From assembly GCF_009914755.1 (NCBI RefSeq), contig NC_060942.1: DNA of 64,000 bases; one strand, 5' to 3'. This DNA comes from the human T2T-CHM13v2.0 reference genome, Homo sapiens. The first letter of the stretch is position 1. Every line of letters begins with the position of its first letter. The translations under genes were made by a program, and so were the position numbers. The notes under the pieces are model-generated. The model was not told where the DNA came from. It saw only the letters and a list, made by a program, of their open reading frames with translations, and searched no databases. Positions 53,840-64,000 of this stretch are shown here, in pieces.

Positions 53840-54627
53840 CCTTAATGACCAAAGGATGCAGCTCACCCCAACACATCTGGGCCTGATTCTCTGAGACATG
53901 GCAAGCACCCACCCATGCCCAGATGTTGTTACAAAACGTTTGGCCAGGAGCCCCATTGCCATGGAGATAAATTCTCTTGACCTGCCTCCCCAGAATTGCC
54001 ATTCTGCAGCTACTCCTTGGGTACCAGAAATTCTGGTAGGGCTGTTCCTTGGGTACCATAAATTCGCTGTAGAGAAACATACCAAGTCAGGCCGACATGA
54101 GGTCATTTTAAAGGATGTTCAGCCAGACTTTGAAGAGGAAATGTCCTCTTCCTTCCCTATTGTCATGGCACCACCAAAAACTTCCCTATTGTCCTGGCAA
54201 CACCAAAAACTGTCTTTGCACAGGATGCATAACTCAATTATCTAAACATTGCAGTACTCAAGAATATAGATATTGTTTTGGTTCACCCTGGCCTAGCAGG
54301 CCCAGCGGGGCCACTCAGGGTCCCATTTGCAGGCCGCTGCTCTCCTCCCTCTGCTCTGTTGGCTTTTTTCCCATCTGCTTTAGTGCTCTCAGCTGCTACC
54401 CATGTGCTGTGTGAGGCTCAGAGCTTGGTCCTATATTACTGACTGGCCACATCTTCTCAGTCACTCTCTTTCCACTGGATCATCTCGCATACATTCTAAA
54501 ATAAACACACAGGCCAGTCATGATTTTGCTTCCCTTCCTCCTTGTCTGGACAAGCAGCTTCCACAGCTGCCCTTGCTGCAGGTACTCTTGTTCCTTTCCT
54601 TTCCAGTGAAGTGAAAATACAAAACGT

Positions 54628-55422
<795 letters not shown>

Positions 55423-56249
55423 CTACCACCAGCATCTTATTAATTCACCCTTGGCCAGAAGCCCCGCATGTTTGCTAAAAGAAACGTTCAGACCTTGGGA
55501 TGCCAGTCTGCCAGGTTGGCACTTCATGGCAACACTGTCCCTCTGTGCGTGGTGTTCTTTCCTTCACTGCCAGGAAAAGAGAAGCAAGGTTCACCCAGCC
55601 TACGTCGGGCCATCTCCAATGGCCCTCTTCTGTTCTGAGGCTTCTCTCTCTGATGGCTTTTATTTTGGGAGGGGTCATCTGCTCTCTCTTCTTTCCGGTC
55701 TCTAGACCACCAGAGTCCTTGTGCTCCACACTCGCTGTCTCTCCAGAAATAAGGAATCAGCTGAGAACAGGCTTTACATTTTTGCCAGACTGCCTGATTA
55801 CATTTAGTCCGAGGGTCACAAGAAGAGAGCAGTTGTTATTAACCTGGGGCCAGGAGCCCTCTGATAAGAGAATGCAAAATTGTGTGTATATGAGAATGAG
55901 TCTTTCTGTGAGTTTAGTGGACACTTTTCTGAGAATATGGCCCATAGTTTACCCAGCTTTCCAAAAGCGTCTCCGATCCTCCCCCAGAGTTTACAATCCA
56001 CTGCACTAGAGCCATCCACTTCAAGCAGAACATTTACACTCTATACCTACATTACTCTAAGTGTGGTTTTGAGGCTACTTCCTTATGGAATCATTTCTGC
56101 AGGTATCGAGTAGGGAGAGGTGAGAGGGATGGGGCTGAAAGATGCAACTTGCCAGGAGGTCTTGCAAGTAATGCTGAGTTGGTCCTTTTAGTTGTGCCGA
56201 GTGGACAGAAAGGCACCGTCTCCTCCCCTTAGCCCATGTCACAGCTAGA

Positions 56250-56470
56250 ATAGTAATAGCAAATACTTACGTGTGTGCAAGCAACTCCTGTAAGGTTTTT
56301 ACATGTAATATTTAATCCTCACGACAATCCTGTGAAGTAGATATTGTTACCTCCATTTTTACAGATGAAGAAACTTGGTTGTAAAGTGACCAATTTGCCC
56401 AAGGTCCAGTAAGTGGTAGAGTTGGGATTCAAAGCAGGTTACCTGGTTCCAAGTTTATGTTCTTAATCAC
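56250..56470 (-). mobile_element. MIR SINE
   Basis: tttaatcctcacgacaatcctgtgaagtag...ccatttttacagatgaagaaact. Confidence 0.75.
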
Positions 56471-58111
56471 ATACAAAATCCTTTATAAGCAGATATTTGC
56501 CAAAGGGAAATAAGCAGATATTTGCCAAAGAGAAACTTAATGGGATATGAAGAGTCGTATTTAACTTTTTTAGGATGGTCACTGGGGTAAGATATTTTCA
56601 CAGGTATTAGGAGATAGGTGATGGCCTACATTTGGTAGTAATTGAACAATAAAGTGTTATTGCCTATATGCCAATAAAAATGTATTTCTAATACTTCCCT
56701 TAGTCCCACAGAAGAGAATCAGTGTGTAGGTAGATCCCAGCTCTGAATGCAGTGCTTGGCTCCCCAGGGCTCGCGGCACTTTCTCTTCCCCTCTCCAACC
56801 TCGAGTTCTGGGTTCTCCAGGCACAGCCATAGCCCACTGCTTTTCTGCCTCTGCTCAGCTGTTTGTGTTTTCTTGTCTGCCCGGATCTTCAGTTAAAAGG
56901 ACCTGCAGATGGTTGAGGGTGGATGACTCAGAGTGACCCTCCCACCCCCCACTGTGCTTTCCTCTGAGCTCTGGCCCTTGCAGGTAACAAGGGACATTAA
57001 GATCCACTCTGTCACCCAAGCAGGGAAATTGGGAGTCTTCCTTGTCTTCTCTTCTTTCCTCTACTCCTCATCCAGAATCTTACAGTTCCCAGAAACCTCA
57101 CCCCAAAATAGTTTGGGAGCCCATCCCTCCTCCCCATCTGGATACCTTTGCCCTAGGTTAGCCCCCAGTCTCTCTCCTGACTTGACATCCTGCTGCTGCT
57201 GCTGCTGGAATTCACCCTCTGGGCTCCATCCTTCACACAAGTCCAACCACACCCTCTCCTCCTTAACAGCTGTTCATGTTGCCTTGTTTGTAACTTGCCA
57301 AGTGCCAGGCACTGGGATGAAATTTTGCATGCACTGCCTCATGGGTTCCCAGCAATCCCAGGAGGCAGCAGCTACCGTGTTCTGTCCCTCATAGGTATGA
57401 AAAGCAGGCTTTGGGAAGTTAAAGAACTTGCTAAGATGGTGTGTCTCATATGGTCAGAGCTGGATTAGAACTGCAGCCTTGCATGCACAGGTCTCAGCTA
57501 CTGCGCTGTGCTGCCGTGTCCAGCCCCTCTGTCCTGATGATCTGACACCACCTACCTCCTCAGGCCATGGGGCAGCATTCCCTGCCTGGACATCTGCCCC
57601 AGCAGCACCATGCTTGTGTTGTTCCCTGTACACACTGAGTGATCTCCCGCTCTGTTCCTTCTGTCTGGAATGCGCATCCCAACTTCTACCCTATGACTCT
57701 GCCCTTTAAAGCTCAGGTCAGGAGTCATTTCCCCCAGGGAAACTTGTCACCTGCTACTCCTCTGAACCTCAGTTAGATTCTGTGTAGGTTGTCATCATTT
57801 CCACTTATGGGCCATCTGCGGGAGCCCTCCAGGCTCGGGGGCCATGTCCCTTCTTGCGCCCTCAACACCTAGTGCTAAGCCTGACCCATCTACGACGGTC
57901 ATCCATGACCATCCACAATGGCCATTGGTCAATGACCTACATTCTGTAAGTGCCTTTTATCTGCCTCTCTCCATTCTGCCTTGGACTATAAGCAGGCATT
58001 GTATCTATTTAACTGGCTTTGCACACCAATTAGTCCACTATAGTGTAAGTGAGCACTTTAAAATTGTGTGTACAAAGATGATGATTTTTGCTTCCTTTAC
58101 TTTGTGTACAG

Positions 58112-58256
58112 ATGCAAGCCCAGAATCACAGGGCGGCAGTGTGACCGATGTGCTTCCGGGTTTTACCGCTTTCCTGAGTGTGTTCCCTGCAATTGCAACA
58201 GAGATGGGACTGAGCCAGGAGTGTGTGACCCAGGGACCGGGGCTTGCCTCTGCAAG
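58112..58256 (+). CDS. LAMA3: LAMA3 coding exon (145 nt) CKPRITGRQCDRC...GACLCK
   Basis: gtgtacag| acceptor, AAG|gtaaga donor; completes the CxC begun in the previous exon. Confidence 0.95.
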
Positions 58257-58424
58257 GTAAGAGAGATCGTGCAATGCCAGACAACAGCTGCCGGTCAGCA
58301 GGAAAGTGCTTCATGTTGAGTCAACATAGAAAAGTATGTGGGAAATGGGACTGACCCGTAAGAGATGTTGATAGTGTATGTAGCATTTTATAGTCACGAT
58401 CTCATTTTACAGAAATAGTTAGGA

Positions 58425-58597
58425 GGTGAGACCCCTTTTATCTTTTGGAGAGGTCTCAGACCGCCTTAGAATCTGATGACGGATATAGACCCTTTCCAGA
58501 AAAATCAGCACAAACTTTTATCTACAGTTTCATGAGGTTCATAGGTTCACCTAAAACCCATTCCTGGACCATGGACTCCAGGTGATCATCTCTGCTC
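58425..58597. mobile_element. MER103-like hAT fragment
   Basis: gaatctgatga...gaccctttccagaaaa...gaggttcatagg...ccatggactccagg. Confidence 0.55.
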
Positions 58598-58956
58598 CAA
58601 GGGGTTCCGCCAGGTTGTAGGAGACCTTCCAATTCCCAGGAGATGTTTTAAGGTGGTGGTGAGTGAGATGAATTGGTCTCCCCATCCTGTGAACCGTATG
58701 GTGCTATTTCTCTACTTGCAAGATGCCCCAGGGGCATCTTATGAAATTTAGAGAATTCTCTCCTCCATTTGTGTGTGGTATAAAAGTTTAAACAATTAAC
58801 ATGGGATGAAAGCTTAATAATTAACATCTCTTTTAATGTTTTGCTCACATCCTCATCCTAACATCTTGTGTTGGTATTTAATTTGTGCAAGTAGCTAATT
58901 GCAACTAGGGAAATTTTGGAACACGTGATCTCTTATTTCATGTTTTGCTTCAATAG

Positions 58957-59097
58957 GAAAATGTAGAAGGCACAGAGTGTAATGTGTGTCGAGAAGGCTC
59001 ATTCCATTTGGACCCAGCCAATCTCAAGGGTTGTACCAGCTGTTTCTGTTTTGGAGTAAATAATCAATGTCACAGCTCACATAAGCGAAGGACTAAG
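58957..59097 (+). CDS. LAMA3: LAMA3 coding exon (141 nt) ENVEGTECNVC...CFCFGVNNQCHSSHKRRTK
   Basis: tcaatag| acceptor, AAG|gtatgc donor; CFCFG motif that precedes the laminin L4 domain. Confidence 0.95.
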
Positions 59098-59482
59098 GTA
59101 TGCATTGACAGAAAGTGCTGGGGAACATTTTGTACATGGATTTGTTAAATGATAAGCATATCCCTCGCTGCTCCTTGGCCTGCAGTGTTTTAAAATTCTT
59201 GTTTCCTGAATTCGTCAGTTGTTTGCTCGAATGCCATGTGTTCAGAGGGGCTTTCCTTCACCACTTCCTATAAAATAGCACACCTTGGACACTCTTGCTG
59301 ACCTTACCCTTGTCTTCCCCATAGGAGTCATCACTCCCTATTTAACATTTTGTTTTAAAATTTGTTTATTGCCCTTCTTCTTCCATCCCTAGAATGGTGA
59401 GTTCGCTGATACACCCCTAGTGCCTAGAACAGGATCTGGGACATAATAGATGCCCAATAAATCTCATTAAATAAATCGAGTT

Positions 59483-60437
59483 TGTCATTTTCCCCTTTAA
59501 AAGAAAACCTTGTTTCTATACTCACAACACTCTAACACCAAATGTGTGGGGTTTTTTCTATACTAAAAATTCTCTGATTCTCCCAGACACTCCGGGGTGT
59601 CCTGCAATTCAATTCACTTCTGACACTCTCTACCTGGAGGTGGCATCAGACTGCACAGGCTAAGGGCTCAGTTCTTCCAGACTGCTCCCACTTCAGATGC
59701 CAGTTGCAAGTCCCAGGCCTCCAGTACTTCTCCAGTGCTTTGCTACAAGTTGGGGGTTCCCACAGCCCACTCCTCATGTTTATAATCTGCTATAATGGCT
59801 CCCAGAATTCAGGACACACTTTCCTTCCTATTGCTGTTTATTATAAAGAATATGATAAAGGATACAGAGCAACAGCCAGGTGAATAGGTGCATAGGGTAA
59901 AGTCCAGAGGGTTCCAGGCATGGGAGTTAGGGCGCACCATCCTCCTGGCATGCAGACGTGTTTACCCACCCAGGAGCTCTCCCAAACTACCATTTAGGGT
60001 TTTTTGTTTGTTTGTTTGTTTTTTGGTGGCTCTTTCATGTAGGCATGATTGATTAAATCATTAGCTATTGATAATTAACTCAATCTCTAGTCCCTCTCCC
60101 TTCCTCAGAGGTTGGGGGTAGGGCTGAAAGTCCCAACCCTCTCATCCTACCTTGGTCTTCCTGGCTACAAGCCCCCATCCTGAAGCTACCCAGAGGACTC
60201 AGCCACCACTTATCTCATTAGCACACAAAGAGACACTATTACCACATCAGAGTCCAAGGGTCTTAGAAGCTCTGGCCTCAGGAACTGTGGACTAAGACCA
60301 ATTACTATGGCAAAAGATGCTCCTATCACCCCTATCATTCAGGAAATTACAAGGGTTTTAGGAGCTCTGTGCCAGAAACTGGTAGTAATAGCCAAATCCG
60401 CATCTCTCATGATGTCTTGTTATGTCACAATATCACA
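59483..60437 (-). mobile_element. MER21-family LTR
   Basis: acaccaaatgtgtgggg...caattcaattc..ttctgacact...gaaattacaagggttttaggagctctgtgccag...cacaatatcaca. Confidence 0.8.
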
Positions 60438-60519
60438 CCCCTCACTTCTCATTTTTACTTCTCTTCTTTCTGTTTTGCTTTCCTTCTCACCTATTTTATC
60501 ATATCTTTTCTTTGGTCAC

Positions 60520-60826
60520 TTTTCTTTTCTTTTTTTTTTTTTTTTTTTGAGACAGGGTCTCTGTTGCCTAGGCTGGAGTGTAGTGGTGTGATCACAGCTC
60601 ATTGCAACCTTCGCTTCCAGGGCTCAAGCAATCTTCCTGCCTCAGCCTCCTGAGTAGCTGGGACTACAGGCATGCACCACCACACCTGGTTAATTTTTGT
60701 ATTTTTTGTAGAGTCAGGGTTTTGCCATGCTGCCCAGGCTGGTCTCAAACTCCTGGGCTCAAGCAGTCCTCCCACCTTGGCCTCCCACAGTGCTGGGATT
60801 ACAGGTGTGAGCCACCACACCCGGCC
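60520..60826 (-). mobile_element. AluJ
   Basis: antisense Alu; flanks ttctttgg(t/g)ca. Confidence 0.9.
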
Positions 60827-60925
60827 TTCTTTGGGCATTTTTAAAATTAACTTCATAAAACTAAAACTTTTCTTGTTTTCATTATTCCATGAACCAGTAA
60901 CCTCATGCTTGCCTTCTTTGTGTGA

Positions 60926-61259
<334 letters not shown>

Positions 61260-61913
61260 CCAAAAATACTATTTTATATATTTTACTGCCTGCCTATTTC
61301 ATATCTTTTACTGCCTGTCTCCTAAAAGGAGTGTAGCTAGTAATTGGAAAAAAAAAATACTTTGTAAATCTGCTCTGAAGTCTCTTATCCCCTGGGAACC
61401 AGAAAGCATTAATCCAATCCTATGCTTGCTCAGTTCTTTCTTTTTTTTTTACCTCAAAATTAACTGGCTTCCTTTGTGACCAGGAAAAGATTTAATTTTG
61501 ATGCTCCATTTAGAGAAAAATAATAATAGCAGGCCACTGAATTCCACATCACATTTTTCTTTATAAGGAGCTTGCCATTAAATGCGCCATGGTCCTAGTT
61601 TTTATTCATACACTTATTTCTTTATTATTCAAACACTCATTGATCACCTACTAAATGTCAAGAACAATGATGTGTGCTGGGTTACAAAGATAAATCCCAC
61701 ACATGTAAGGCCACTGCCTTCCCAGAACTCCCAGTGGCAATGGGTCAGACGGGGCTCTGGCTCGGGAGGGCAGGTGCAGGAGTAGACGCATAAAGGAGGC
61801 CTCTGAGGCAAGGAGGCTGCCCGTGGAGCTTTCTGTAGTACATCATGCACCCATCACCCCAGGGATGCCACGACCAAGACGTTTCCATCCCTTGCTTCTC
61901 TCCCTCTTTCCAG

Positions 61914-62075
61914 TTTGTGGATATGCTGGGCTGGCACCTGGAGACAGCAGACAGAGTGGACATCCCTGTCTCTTTCAACCCAGGCAGCAACAGTATGGTG
62001 GCGGACCTCCAGGAGCTGCCCGCAACCATCCACAGCGCGTCCTGGGTCGCACCCACCTCCTACCTGGGGGACAAG
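61914..62075 (+). CDS. LAMA3: LAMA3 coding exon (162 nt) FVDMLGWHLE...WVAPTSYLGDK, start of the L4 (laminin IV type A) domain
   Basis: ctttccag| acceptor, AAG|gtaatg donor; WxAPxxYLGDK L4 signature. Confidence 0.95.
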
Positions 62076-62932
62076 GTAATGATGTCCTGCTGTTCTTCTG
62101 GGCCCTCAGTGGGCCTCTGCTATTGCTGCATGAGCATCATTTCCTGGAAATCTGGAAGGAAGCATCCAGCAGTTCAGGTTACTAACGTTCCAGAAATGAG
62201 CTGAACTAAAAGTGAGGAAGAGACCCTGCCTCCTGCTGTGAGGGGCTGAGCAGGCACACACTGCGCCCCACCATTGCCATGCATGAGCTACCAGCAAAGG
62301 AAATCACCCACAATGTTTTTCTCAGTTTTTACCTAATGTCAAAGAATTTTCCTCCAGGGAAATAACCATTTAAATACTATCTATTGCAAATGGGACATGC
62401 GTGCTTTTAAATGCCAATGCTGAGAATTCTTTATTTTAAGGCAGAAGAAAGCCTCTTTGTTAGGAAAACGAAAGCTAACAAGTGACTCACAAGCTTATTA
62501 AAAGAAACACAGGATCTGGTGGCAGTTCGACTTTCCTAAGTAGAATCACATAGTTACACACTCCTCAGGAACTTACAAACCACTTGCTCTTCCTTTGCTG
62601 CAAGAGTTATTATGCCAGAGGCTGGCCACCTCCATCCATTTTATGAGGACAGAAATGCAGGCCTCATGTGGAAACATGAGGTGACATATGTTTCTTAGCA
62701 AGGGTGGAACTTGCTAACGGGTGGATTTCACAGGGCCTGGCTCAGGGGATGCCAAATTCTCACATTAGGAAGACTAAAATAATAGGGCCTTGTTGGCCTG
62801 AGGTCTCTAACTTTGTCTTCTGGGTGAAGGACTGTGGGTTTTGACATCTGAGTGTGGGAAATGTTGCCTCTCTTCTATGATCCCACTTCTCTTTCACTTA
62901 ATACTCCTCTTTACCGCTATATGACGGGCCCA

Positions 62933-63806
<874 letters not shown>

Positions 63807-64000
63807 TAAGCCCATCAAAAAAGCAATACTTAAATCACAATAATAATTCAAGACATTGCCTTGGAATACTTCCAGGCTTGAAGATCAAAGCTCTGTAAGG
63901 CTTTGTCAGGTTACAGACTCTAGGGAAAAGCTTCTGTTGAATGGGATCCTAGAAGAGCGTGGCTTCTTTCCCCTGCCTGCTCTAAGTTGTTGGCATTTTC

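Overview
Primate, most likely human, genomic DNA covering the middle of LAMA3 (laminin alpha-3, long alpha-3B form) on the + strand. I traced 23 consecutive coding exons (10634-62075; 2981 nt, about 993 codons). All have GT-AG boundaries and mutually compatible phases. They encode laminin-EGF (LE) repeats, the large short-arm globular insert, more LE repeats and the start of the L4 (laminin IV type A) domain; from memory these are roughly exons 13-35 of the long transcript. The first 8.1 kb is an antisense, decayed two-LTR ERV-L (MLT2) provirus carrying nested L1, Tigger4, MST and FLAM insertions. The remaining introns hold ordinary Alu, MIR, L2, L1, MER and MaLR repeats; subfamily names are from recall, not a search. 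I see no new multi-gene system. The most notable signals are: a three-fold 4-exon periodicity suggesting the globular insert is an internal triplication; a 52-nt chimeric templated insertion; an antisense AluJ with both splice sites (candidate poison exon); a very old, atypical L1-like RT fossil; and a 3x52-bp palindrome/E-box minisatellite.
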